From Candidatus Bathyarchaeota archaeon (lineage in GTDB: Archaea > Thermoproteota > Bathyarchaeia > TCS64): a DNA stretch of 64,000 bases. Each line of letters opens with the position of its first letter. Positions within the stretch are counted from its first letter, which is position 1. Below the pieces are notes generated by a model that did no database searches, was not told the DNA's origin, and was given only the letters and a program-made list of their open reading frames with translations. This document shows, in pieces, positions 9,567 through 18,641 of this stretch. Where the stretch lies: NCBI GenBank assembly GCA_963771885.1, contig CAVYVF010000002.1, positions 288,001 through 352,000 of the forward strand. Reading direction: 5' to 3'. The translations under genes and the position numbers were made by a program.

Positions 9567-10229
9567 CTAACTGATGAGCCCCGCGTAGAGCATAAAGACA
9601 CCAGCAGCAATGAGAACGATGCCGTTTACCCTTTTCATGTAGGGCAGGACACTGAGCAGCCTCTCGTATAAAACTCCCTTCGCGAGCGAGAGTGTAAGTG
9701 TGAGTGGAATTATCAGCGCCGCCGCCCCCACTCCGTAAGCGGCGAAGAGTACGATTATCTCAGCAAAGTTCCCCACCGCCGCCCCCTGGAGCACGATGAG
9801 AATGAATATAGGTAAGCTGCAGCCGAGACTAGCGACCCCATAGGCGATGCCGTAGAAGACGAAGGACAGCTTGTTCCCATCAAATGCGAAACCGATGCTT
9901 TGCAGGCGGTCGAGAGCGTTCGTCCACCCCGACACCACGCCTAGAACGATCAATCCGCCGCCGATGACCGGCTCTGCCAGCCAAACGAATCTCATGAACC
10001 CCGAGACTGCAATGGATGGTATCACGCCGATGACGACAAAGACTAGGAGAAACCCGACGATCATTGCCGCTGACAGGGCGAGCCCCGAGAGTAGTCGGCC
10101 TTTACGGTCACCCCGCTCAAGCATATATGAAACGTAGGCAGGAAGCATGGGCAGGCTGCATGGGCTTAGGAATGCGAGCGCCCCCGCAGTGAACGCTATC
10201 AACAGCTGTGCCCCATCCATCGCCATCAC
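9567..10229 (-). CDS. CcdA/DsbD-like transmembrane thiol-disulfide electron transporter
   Basis: AG.LAFLSPCSLPMLPAY and SLGCSLP; multiple TM segments. Confidence 0.9.
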   Translation of the reverse strand: MMAMDGAQLLIAFTAGALAFLSPCSLPMLPAYVSYMLERGDRKGRLLSGLALSAAMIVGFLLVFVVIGVIPSIAVSGFMRFVWLAEPVIGGGLIVLGVVSGWTNALDRLQSIGFAFDGNKLSFVFYGIAYGVASLGCSLPIFILIVLQGAAVGNFAEIIVLFAAYGVGAAALIIPLTLTLSLAKGVLYERLLSVLPYMKRVNGIVLIAAGVFMLYAGLIS

Positions 10230-10724
10230 TACGCGTACTCGTTTATCATCTGTTGCAACTGGCTCAGCTCAGTATAGAATCCCCTGTACCTAATGATGCC
10301 TTCTTTATCGATCACGAGGACCGTCGGGACGGCGTTGACCTTGTAGTCGATACCGGCCTGCTTAGAGCCGCCGATCTTCCAGTCTAGATCGTAGTATAAA
10401 GAGAACAGCTGGAGGTCAGAGGTGTTAGTCGAGTCGAGGTTGACTGATACCAGCGTGACTCTTTTATCTCCTGATCTGGCGGAGGATATCGAATTCGTCG
10501 ACGCAGACGGGGCAGCTTGTCGTTATGAAGTCGATGATGACCACCTTTCCTCTTTGTTCGCTTAGGTCGAAGGTAGAGCCGTCGGTCGCAGTGAACATGA
10601 TGTTGAGCGCGCCGTCGCCGACTGTGATGCCCCCTACTGCATTGTCCGAGTTGAGGAAATAGTATAGTCCCCCGGTTCCGAGGATGAATATTCCAATAAG
10701 TGCGAGCGTTACGCCGATCTTCAT
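10229..10724 (-). CDS. Membrane-anchored TlpA/ResA-like thioredoxin, frameshift at ~10470
   Basis: N-terminal TM, GKVVIIDF..TSCPVC; the alternate frame continues VTLVSVNLD..YKVNAVPTVLVIDKEGIIRY to TAG at 10229; coupled to ccdA. Confidence 0.88.
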
Positions 10725-10771
10725 GCTAAGGTTTTTCCTGAGACCGGGGTTTAAAAACTGAATCTGTTTTT

Positions 10772-11617
10772 TTACCTTCTTTCGGAGGTGCCGGCGATCG
10801 AGATCGATGCGCGCAGCCCGCGGAGAGCACTCGGATAATCGTCGAAGGTGCAACGAGTCGTCTTGCCATCGATGCGCTCCATGTAGGGGAGAAGGCAGAC
10901 AATATCTGCCATATTCGGTGTGACCCACCTCATCTTGACCTCTACTGGCTCGTTGACCCAGTAGGGGTTGACCTTCCCGATGTCCTCTAGCGCCTCTCGT
11001 GCCTTCTGCTTGATGAGGGCGCGGCTCTTGTTCGGGTGTAGACACTTTGCAGAATATCTGCCGACGGCCCACTTCACTGGCGCTGTAGTGATACCGGGGA
11101 CGAAGTTGTCCGCTTCGGCGCATGCCGCATAGTCACCGGCGAGGAAGACCGCAGGAACGCCGTGCCAGCCCGCGAGGGCGGCGTTCATTCCGAACTCCCC
11201 CGTCTCCCTTCCGTTGATGACAACACCGTCGACAGTGCCTCCGGAGATTGTGTGTGCGAGTATGCCGTTTTCCGTCCCCGCCATGGAGTGGTAGCCGACG
11301 AAGAGCGCCGCGTCGTAGTGGCCGTCGTCGATTCCCTCCATCATGCCGTCCGGCTTTGGGCTTCCCCTTACGAGGTACGCTGCCTCGTTGACGTCCTCGG
11401 GTTGGAGATTCCTCATGCCGCCGTGGGAGTCGCTTACGACTATCTCCTTCGCCCCCGCGGCGAGAGCGCCTTCGATGGCCGCATTAAGATCCCCCGCCAT
11501 CATCTTTCTGTAGGTGCCGTACTCGGCGTGGTTCATATCGACGTGTGTCCAGTCGACCACGCTTGAGATACCCTCCATGTCAACGGATATGAAAACGCGC
11601 TCGGGCTTGTTCGCCAT
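10772..11617 (-). CDS. M55 family D-aminopeptidase (DppA-like)
   Basis: ISVDMEG, DSHGGMRN, FVGYH, LAHT, GE.G.N. Confidence 0.93.
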   Translation of the reverse strand: MANKPERVFISVDMEGISSVVDWTHVDMNHAEYGTYRKMMAGDLNAAIEGALAAGAKEIVVSDSHGGMRNLQPEDVNEAAYLVRGSPKPDGMMEGIDDGHYDAALFVGYHSMAGTENGILAHTISGGTVDGVVINGRETGEFGMNAALAGWHGVPAVFLAGDYAACAEADNFVPGITTAPVKWAVGRYSAKCLHPNKSRALIKQKAREALEDIGKVNPYWVNEPVEVKMRWVTPNMADIVCLLPYMERIDGKTTRCTFDDYPSALRGLRASISIAGTSERR

Positions 11618-11657
11618 AACTGATCAGAGAGAAAGATGCTGATTCTGTTTAAAACGG

Positions 11658-11810
11658 TTAGGAAACGTGCTTCCCATATAGTATCGGGGAGCCACAGTAG
11701 AGACAGAGGTTCGTTCTTGGAACGAGTTTACCACAACCTTTGCAGACGACCAAAGGGGATTCAAGAGCCTCGGATCGGGCTTCCTGAACGTCAATAATGT
11801 CTTGAGCCAT
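11658..11810 (-). CDS. 50-aa zinc-ribbon microprotein
   Basis: Manual translation MAQDIIDVQEARSEALESPLVVCKGCGKLVPRTNLCLYCGSPILYGKHVS; CxxC..CxxC. Confidence 0.78.
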   Translation of the reverse strand: MAQDIIDVQEARSEALESPLVVCKGCGKLVPRTNLCLYCGSPILYGKHVS

Positions 11811-11925
11811 GCCTATCCGCAGCCTTCACGCCTCCTACTACATATAAGCCAACCGAAGCCGACTGAAGCGGGGGTGCCTGAAAGTGTCCAGCAAGTTTAT
11901 CTCGAAAACCCAGAACACTATCAGC

Positions 11926-12732
11926 ATGGCCCCCACTCTCATCTACAAGCCCGTTCTAGGGCATCTCATGAGGGTCGCCTGCTTCATGTCTGGCTCCGGC
12001 ACGAACGCACGCAAGATTATTGAGCGAAGCCACCAGCCCGGTGCCAGCTACCTAGTCGATCTCATCTTCACCGACGTGAAGGACGAGGCTCTCGACAGGG
12101 AGGGTAACAAGGCTTGCAAGGCCCTAGACATAGCCCGTGAGTACGGCATTGCTTACGAATGCGTAGACATCATGGACTTCTACAGGGCTAAGGGGCATAC
12201 ATCGAAGAAAGACCTCAGTCTACGCCCTGACTTTGATAAGTTGGTCGTTGCCGCAGTGGAGAAGCACGGTATCGACCTCATCGCCCTCGCAGGATACATG
12301 AGCATCACGACTCAGCCCCTCCTCGACCAATACGAGGGACGCATCGTGAACGTGCACCCCGCCGACCTAACAGTCACTATGGGTGACGAGAGGAAGTATG
12401 TAGGCATGCACACGGTGCGCGACGCGATACTCGCGGGCGAGAAGGATGTCAGGGCGACAACGCATATCGTTAGGGAGAAGGTCGATAACGGGGAATTACT
12501 CGTCGTCTCGAGAGCGGTACCCGTGAAGCTGCCTCCGGGAGCTACGCTTGAAAGGCTACGCGATGATAAGGAACTGCTCAAGACCGTTGTCGAGGAGCAC
12601 CAAGACCGCCTGAAGAGGATGGGGGACTGGGAGATCTACCCACTGACTGTTCAGATGATCGGCGAGGGGCGATTCGCCCTCGGCGACGGTAGGGTCTATC
12701 TAGATGGAAAACCCGGCTGGCTTCACCTCTAG
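11926..12732 (+). CDS. Formyltransferase, PurN (GAR transformylase)-like
   Basis: FMSGSGTN, LAGYM, IVNVHP, T.H.V.E.VD.G. Confidence 0.8.
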   Translation: MAPTLIYKPVLGHLMRVACFMSGSGTNARKIIERSHQPGASYLVDLIFTDVKDEALDREGNKACKALDIAREYGIAYECVDIMDFYRAKGHTSKKDLSLRPDFDKLVVAAVEKHGIDLIALAGYMSITTQPLLDQYEGRIVNVHPADLTVTMGDERKYVGMHTVRDAILAGEKDVRATTHIVREKVDNGELLVVSRAVPVKLPPGATLERLRDDKELLKTVVEEHQDRLKRMGDWEIYPLTVQMIGEGRFALGDGRVYLDGKPGWLHL

Positions 12733-13181
12733 CCACTTATCGTGGCAACGACTGCATTATTTAGCCTGACAACGTCGGCGAACCTGACCTCGAGAAGCTT
12801 GTCTCTGCTCCCTCCGCCGCAGTAGAATGTTTCGAACCACTCAAGCTCCTTGTCTACTACGACACGCATCTTCGTCTTGAATCCGAGGCTGGGGGTCCCG
12901 CCAGGTGGAAACCCGCTTATTGGCTCGCTCTGGTCGAAGGGCATAAGCCTTACGTTTTTGACGCCGAGAGCCTTCGCCGCCTCCTTGAGGTTGACCCTCC
13001 TGTCCCCCGGAACTATTAGTACAACATGCTCCTCCGAGTCGGTGACTGAGACTAGATTCTTCGTGATCCTGTGGAGATCGATGCCCGTCGCCTGCGAGGC
13101 ATCAGCTGTGTGCACAGTCTCCTTCTTTTCCACGAATCTATGCCAGATATTGTTCTGCTCAAGGTAGGCTTCCAGGGACAT
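12729..13181 (-). CDS. YbaK/EbsC family aminoacyl-tRNA deacylase
   Basis: ITKNLV, VPGD.RV, GFPPGGTP, YCGGG. Confidence 0.9.
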   Translation of the reverse strand: MSLEAYLEQNNIWHRFVEKKETVHTADASQATGIDLHRITKNLVSVTDSEEHVVLIVPGDRRVNLKEAAKALGVKNVRLMPFDQSEPISGFPPGGTPSLGFKTKMRVVVDKELEWFETFYCGGGSRDKLLEVRFADVVRLNNAVVATISG

Positions 13182-13229
13182 CGAGGTGCAGTGTGGCGGC
13201 GGCGGGTAAGAATCTTGGGGTGGTTGAAG

Positions 13230-13288
13230 CTTAGGGATGATGGACGTCATCCCTAAGGGCTTCGCCTAAACGGAGACTAGTCGAAGCC
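13230..13288 (-). ncRNA. Candidate small structured RNA (two abutting hairpins)
   Basis: GGCTTCG/CGAAGCC stem followed directly by a perfect 11-bp stem CTTAGGGATGA/TCATCCCTAAG; begins 30 nt after TTTAAA (13313-13318). Confidence 0.4.
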
Positions 13289-13409
13289 GTGCTCACGTGT
13301 TCTTTGCCATGCTTTAAACTTAATTGTCTGCAACCCCATAAATCATGGTAATTCCAAGGTCCCTCGTCTTGAATTATATAGATGTGTTCCGTTGATCCAT
13401 TTGATCGAT

Positions 13410-13616
13410 ATGAAGACGAGTGCCAGAAACCTGATAGATGGTAAGATAATGAGCGTAGAGACTGATAAGATCATGGGGAAGGTGAGGGTCGAGATTCAGC
13501 CAGCTGTTCTCACATCGGTGATCACGAAGGAGTCGGTGGATGACCTTAACTTGAAGGTGGGCGACCGCGTCAAGGTGATGGTGAAGTCGACGTCGGTCAT
13601 GATCGTGAAGGAGTAG
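13410..13616 (+). CDS. TOBE/Mop molybdate-tungstate binding protein
   Basis: MKTSARN..G, LTSVIT.ESV..L.LKVGD.V.V.VKSTSV. Confidence 0.93.
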   Translation: MKTSARNLIDGKIMSVETDKIMGKVRVEIQPAVLTSVITKESVDDLNLKVGDRVKVMVKSTSVMIVKE

Positions 13617-14961
13617 CTATCCAGAGAAGCTCAGATAGCTTGTCTACCCTCCCTAACCTCTCAAGGTTATCGACGAGTTCGATTGTTTTCTCGATTCTTT
13701 CCGCGTCGAGTGTCGGTGTCGAGAGTGCAGCGAATTTCTTCCTGATGAAGCTATATGGGATGGGCTGCTTGTCGTCCTCGAAGGCTGTGTAGTGGTTGTC
13801 TATGGTTATGATCTCTAGACGTGTTCCAATCTTCTTGGGGAAGATTGCGTCGATCTCGGGGTCGGTGTAGACCTCAGTCTTCTTACCGAGCTCGATTACT
13901 TTTGGGTCGCGGTAGTCGTCAAAGAACTCCCTCATGAAGACGCGCCCCTTGACGAGGGCGATGGCAACCGCCACTGCGGCATGGTTCTGAGCATGTAAGG
14001 GCGTTTCCGCCACCTTGAGCTGGTTCTCAGCTGTGACGTGGTTGAGTCCGACTCTGATCTTGACGACTTCCTCAGGCCTGATCTCGTGCTTCATCTGGAG
14101 TTCGAGGGCCATCGTTATGGGTGGGCAGAGCTCGTGGCAGCAGGCGTAGGGCTTGAACTTGCATGCAAGTATCCTGTGGTTAGCTCCGAGTCCTTCTGTG
14201 AGACGACTCAGGTCGTAGCTGTCGGCATGGGTCGCCATGAGTCCGTATCTACCCTCAAAGATCGTTGAGGGTCCTGTGTAGCCGACGCGTGCGAGCTGCG
14301 CTGCTAGGACACCGTTCATCGCCGCCTTCCCAGCGTGGAGCCTCTTGCTCATATCGCCGGAGGTCAGCCACTCTTCGAGGCCCGCCGCCTGTATCCCAGC
14401 TAGACCGAGGGCGTTCACCATTTGCTCCTCGTCGAGTTTCATCAACTTCCCGGCTGCAGCTGCAGCGCCAAAGGTGCCAACGACGCCCGTCGCGTGGAAT
14501 CCCCTGTTCCTCAGCCCCGGGTATAGGGCGGAGTCGATCCTACAGTTTACCTCGTACCCCGCGACGAGGGCGGTGATAAGCTCCTTCCCCGTAGAACGCT
14601 CTGCCTCCGAGACCGCGTATGCTGCGGGGACTATGCATGAGCCGGGATGAGCCCAGCTAGGCCGTGCGCCAGAGTCATCGGCATCTATGCCATGCGCCAT
14701 TGTGCCGTTTGCAAGTGCCGCCATAATAGCTGGGTACCTATCAGCGTGGCCCATGACAGTCGACTGTGGAGCGCCACCGTTTGCCTCGACGAGTCTGGCG
14801 ACCATACCGGACCAAGGCATGTCGCGCGCCCCGAGGATGTTGCCAAGTGTGTCGAGGAGGTGCATCTTTCCTCTTTCGACAACTTCGTCACCCAGATCGT
14901 CGTAGCTCAGCTTCGTTACGTATTCTGCGAGTGCCTTCGAATACTCCACGGCGTCACCCAA
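13597..14961 (-). CDS. MmgE/PrpD family protein
   Basis: LLDTLG, ANG..AH..D.DD, HPG, VAGYE, GFH.T, K.LHAG, FKPYACC. Confidence 0.93.
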   Translation of the reverse strand: MGDAVEYSKALAEYVTKLSYDDLGDEVVERGKMHLLDTLGNILGARDMPWSGMVARLVEANGGAPQSTVMGHADRYPAIMAALANGTMAHGIDADDSGARPSWAHPGSCIVPAAYAVSEAERSTGKELITALVAGYEVNCRIDSALYPGLRNRGFHATGVVGTFGAAAAAGKLMKLDEEQMVNALGLAGIQAAGLEEWLTSGDMSKRLHAGKAAMNGVLAAQLARVGYTGPSTIFEGRYGLMATHADSYDLSRLTEGLGANHRILACKFKPYACCHELCPPITMALELQMKHEIRPEEVVKIRVGLNHVTAENQLKVAETPLHAQNHAAVAVAIALVKGRVFMREFFDDYRDPKVIELGKKTEVYTDPEIDAIFPKKIGTRLEIITIDNHYTAFEDDKQPIPYSFIRKKFAALSTPTLDAERIEKTIELVDNLERLGRVDKLSELLWIATPSRS

Positions 14962-15093
14962 AGGATTGGTCGCACAAGTCTGCTTTATTGCTTGTCTACG
15001 CCCGTCGTTGGTGTCCTAGGTGTATCACTGATACTGTCTAGGTACAGTAATTACACCAACGTGCTTTTAAGCCGGGCTGAGTCTGTTGAAAAG

Positions 15094-15843
15094 ATGTACC
15101 TAGAGCGGCGGCAACTCAACCACGAGGATGTCCAACGGCTTGTTATGGGCTCGATGGAATTGATACGTGAGGCTCAGGTGCATCTCGGTCTACCCCTCTC
15201 ACCGAACATAGAGAAGACGCGTGAGTGGCTGATCAACGGCGAGTTCTATGCAGACTCTCTCATCAACATCCGCGGTCGACAGTACGGAATGGACTTCGGC
15301 TGCTTCAACCCGCCGAACACGATAATGCTCGACAGAAACCTCCCATTCAGCGACCAGCCCCTCGACCTACCCAACCTCGCATCGACACTCACCCTATACA
15401 CTGCTGTACACGAAGTACTCCATGCCGACGACTGGGCTGGTGGCGACCTCTTACAGAAAGTGACAAAGGCACACATGCTCAAAGAGCACTGGGACAAGCT
15501 CGAGAAGGCGCTCGACTTCATCCGCAGCGGCGAAGGCACAGACCTGATAAAGTCAGTAAATGACCTCGCCATCCTAAACGCGAGCCACTACGTCGACATG
15601 GTGACCCACTTCAGGAGTTTTCTAGTCATGCGGTACGCCGGCGCAGAGAAGCTCGACATGATCTGGGACAAGATGTCGATCAATTTCTTCCCTCCGTACC
15701 TTCTCACCATGATCGAGGCTGAGAAAGGCGCAAAGTACGTCTTCGAGCTTTTCAACAAGAGGGCGGGAAGCTACTGCCTCATAGACGCCTTCGAGGAGTA
15801 CGACTCGATAGGAAAAAAGAGCGCAAGCACTTACACCGTATAA
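15094..15843 (+). CDS. Hypothetical protein with HEXXH (zincin-like) motif
   Basis: TAVHEVLHADD; ATG 15094 follows TTTTAA; the 5' part of the called ORF is antisense to prpD. Confidence 0.7.
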   Translation: MYLERRQLNHEDVQRLVMGSMELIREAQVHLGLPLSPNIEKTREWLINGEFYADSLINIRGRQYGMDFGCFNPPNTIMLDRNLPFSDQPLDLPNLASTLTLYTAVHEVLHADDWAGGDLLQKVTKAHMLKEHWDKLEKALDFIRSGEGTDLIKSVNDLAILNASHYVDMVTHFRSFLVMRYAGAEKLDMIWDKMSINFFPPYLLTMIEAEKGAKYVFELFNKRAGSYCLIDAFEEYDSIGKKSASTYTV

Positions 15844-15893
15844 AATAGGCGCAGTGTTTTAATCGCTTACCGCCGTCTCCTTCACCGATACCA

Positions 15894-17660
15894 ATGCTCT
15901 ACGACACCCTCGTGGAGACCTACGTAAAACTGGAAGCCACTACAAAGCGCCTAGAGATGACTGCAATCCTCGCGGAGCTCCTCAAGTCGGCGGAGCCGGA
16001 GGAGATGGCTGAAGTCATCTACCTCACTCAGGGGAAAATACATCCCGACTGGACCGGTGAGCCCGAGATCGGTATGGCTGAGAAAAGCGTCGTCGAAGCG
16101 ATAATCAAGGCGACTGGGCTCCAGAAGTCGAAGGTAGAGCAGCTACTCGCCGAGACTGGGGACATCGGCCACGCGGCGGAGGCTGCACTGAAGGGGAAGA
16201 AGGTGGCGAGCTTCGGGGGGAGGAAGCCGACCGCCTCAGAGGTCTACAACACCCTCGACGCTATAGCGAAGGAGTCAGGGCAGGGTAGCGCAGGGCGCAA
16301 GGTGGACCGCCTCGTCAAGCTCATGGTGAACGCGTCACCGCTGGCGGCTCGCTACCTGGCGAGGACGGTCGTCGGCGCGCTGCGCCTCGGTATTGGCGAC
16401 ATGACTATTTTAGATTCACTTGCCATCGCGCGTACGGGTTCGAAGGACTCCCGCGAGGCACTGGAGCGCGCTTACTACCTCAGCAGCGACCTCGGCGACG
16501 TCGCTGAGACTCTTGCCGGTAAGGGATTAAAGGCGATCGAGGAGTTCGAGATTACAGTTGGGAAGCCCATCATGGCGATGGCGGCGCAGAGGCTCAGCAC
16601 AGCCGAGGAGATCGTTGAAAAGCTCGGCAAGGTATCCGCCGAGTATAAGCTCGACGGAGAGCGTCTCCAAATACACAAGGATGGGGAGAAGGTCCAGATA
16701 TTCAGTAGGCGGCTGGAGAACATCACTCACATGTACCCAGACGCAGTCAGGATGACGCTGAGCCAGATTAAAGCTGGGCGGGCGATAGTCGAGGGGGAGG
16801 TCGTCGCCGTAGACACCGACTCGGGGGAGATGCTCCCCTTCCAGACACTCATGCAGAGGCGGCGCAAGTATAAAATAGAGGAGATGATGGAAAAACTCCC
16901 CGTCACCATCTTCCTTTTCGACTGCCTCTATGCCGACGGCAAGGACTACACCCCAGAGCCCTACCCTATCCGAAAAACAAAACTCAATGAGATTATCAAG
17001 GCGTCCGATAACTTTCACATCGTCGAGTCGACAGAGACCGATGACCCGAAGGAACTTGAAAAGTTCTTCGAGAAGGCGATCGCTGACGGCACTGAGGGGC
17101 TCGTCTGCAAAAGCCTCGCCGACGAGTCCATCTACCGCGCCGGCGCCCGTAGCTGGCTCTGGGTGAAGCTGAAGAGGAGCTACCAGAGCAGGATGTCCGA
17201 CCCCGTCGACCTCGTAATAGTTGGTGCACTACATGGTAGAGGGAGGCGGGCTGGGAGTTATGGCGCCTTACTGGGCGCTGCCTACGATCCGGGGTCAGAT
17301 ATGTACCGGACCGTCTGCAAGGTAGGCTCCGGCTTCACCGACGAGATGCTCACAACTCTCCCCAAAGACCTCGAGTCACTTCGCCATGAAGGCAAGCATC
17401 CACTCGTCGATGCGATCCTCGAGGCTGACATCTGGTTTGTCCCTGAGAGGGTCATGGAGGTCCTCGGTGACGAGCTCACGCTGAGTCCGATACACACCGC
17501 GGGCGCTGGAGCGATACGAGAAGGCGCAGGACTAGCCGTAAGATTCCCCCGCTTCCAAAGGTGGCGCGAGGACAAATCCGCTGAGGAGGCGACGACTGTC
17601 GCTGAGCTCCTCGATATGTATAGGTCCCAGCTCAAGCAGATCGAGAAGAGTGAAGGTTAA
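15894..17660 (+). CDS. lig: ATP-dependent DNA ligase
   Basis: EYKLDGERLQIH, EGEVV, FDCLY, EGLVCK, WVKLK, RFPRF. Confidence 0.97.
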   Translation: MLYDTLVETYVKLEATTKRLEMTAILAELLKSAEPEEMAEVIYLTQGKIHPDWTGEPEIGMAEKSVVEAIIKATGLQKSKVEQLLAETGDIGHAAEAALKGKKVASFGGRKPTASEVYNTLDAIAKESGQGSAGRKVDRLVKLMVNASPLAARYLARTVVGALRLGIGDMTILDSLAIARTGSKDSREALERAYYLSSDLGDVAETLAGKGLKAIEEFEITVGKPIMAMAAQRLSTAEEIVEKLGKVSAEYKLDGERLQIHKDGEKVQIFSRRLENITHMYPDAVRMTLSQIKAGRAIVEGEVVAVDTDSGEMLPFQTLMQRRRKYKIEEMMEKLPVTIFLFDCLYADGKDYTPEPYPIRKTKLNEIIKASDNFHIVESTETDDPKELEKFFEKAIADGTEGLVCKSLADESIYRAGARSWLWVKLKRSYQSRMSDPVDLVIVGALHGRGRRAGSYGALLGAAYDPGSDMYRTVCKVGSGFTDEMLTTLPKDLESLRHEGKHPLVDAILEADIWFVPERVMEVLGDELTLSPIHTAGAGAIREGAGLAVRFPRFQRWREDKSAEEATTVAELLDMYRSQLKQIEKSEG

Positions 17661-17777
17661 CCCTTATTCCCTGCTTCTAATCATTACGGGAAAAATAGTT
17701 TTTCAGCGTAAAGATCCAATCTGCGAGGGCAAACATTTTACACGCGTCTGCTAGGTAACACCTTATCCGGTGTTTCC

Positions 17778-18611
17778 ATGAAAGTAGTTCTGAGAAAGGC
17801 GAAGTCTGAGGACCGCGATAAGGTCCGATGGGTCGAGTCAAAGTCAACCCCTACCCTTATCTATACACCCTACGTCTACGACGAGTTCCTCAGCGACGGT
17901 GGCGAATTCAGCGTCGAAGAGCTCGACGGTGAACTCGTAGCCTGTGGCAAGTACACACCCCTACCCGATGGCTCGGCATGGATCGAAACTCTCCGCGTCA
18001 TTCCCGAGAAGCAAGGGTTAGGATTGGGGAAGAAACTGTATGATCACTGGACAAAGCTAGCGAAGGAACAGGACATCAAAGCGATGAGAATGTACACCGG
18101 CGTAAGCAACGTTGTCAGTGCCGGCCTCGCCGAGAGATATGGTCTAAAACTCCAGGGCACGTTTAAGGGGAACACCACACCAGCAAAGCCAGGCGATGGG
18201 CAGCAAGGCGGCTTCAAGCAGGTCACCGATCCTACGAGAGCAGCGAAGATCGTTATGCCCCTAAAAGACGACTGGGCGAACTGGCTCGTCCTTAACCGGA
18301 CCTTCTACAGATTCAGCCCCGAGATAATCGGCTGGATGGCGGGGAAGGGTATGGTCTACGAGGACGCCAAGGCGAAGAACGTCGTCATCGCAGGCGCCCG
18401 CTTCATGCCACATCAATCGGTACACATCGCATGCTGGGGGGGAGACGCCGACGCATGCATCGCATTCGCCAAGTGGAAGGCGGTGGAGAATAAAGTCCCG
18501 ACGGTCAGCTGCTTCTACGAGGTCACGAGGCCCGAGATAGGGAAAGTGCTCGCGAAGAACGGATTCGCAGTAGACAAAGGCGACTACATAGTAAAGGGAA
18601 TTGAGTACTAG
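17778..18611 (+). CDS. GNAT acetyltransferase with C-terminal extension
   Basis: AWIETLRV.PEKQGLGLG, N..S..L.ER.G. Confidence 0.85.
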   Translation: MKVVLRKAKSEDRDKVRWVESKSTPTLIYTPYVYDEFLSDGGEFSVEELDGELVACGKYTPLPDGSAWIETLRVIPEKQGLGLGKKLYDHWTKLAKEQDIKAMRMYTGVSNVVSAGLAERYGLKLQGTFKGNTTPAKPGDGQQGGFKQVTDPTRAAKIVMPLKDDWANWLVLNRTFYRFSPEIIGWMAGKGMVYEDAKAKNVVIAGARFMPHQSVHIACWGGDADACIAFAKWKAVENKVPTVSCFYEVTRPEIGKVLAKNGFAVDKGDYIVKGIEY

Positions 18612-18641
18612 ACAAGAGTCCCGCGGAGAGGCGACTAGTTT

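Noticed and set aside
10725..11123. N-terminal extension of the 219-aa ORF fused to the thioredoxin
   Set aside because: Out-of-frame overlap with the M55 peptidase; the signal-anchor start is at 10724
11811..11925. ZTP riboswitch upstream of the PurN-like gene
   Set aside because: Only fragmentary GACTG/GCCTG matches; the required stems and pseudoknot are not evident
13266..13310. Recoded (Sec/Pyl) micro-ORF ATG GCA AAG AAC ACG TGA ... TAG next to the hairpins
   Set aside because: No protein-like content or redox motif, and the ATG lies too close to the TATA box to be transcribed from it
14647..15093. N-terminal extension of the 398-aa ORF
   Set aside because: Overlaps the prpD-like gene antisense and the promoter region; the likely start is ATG 15094
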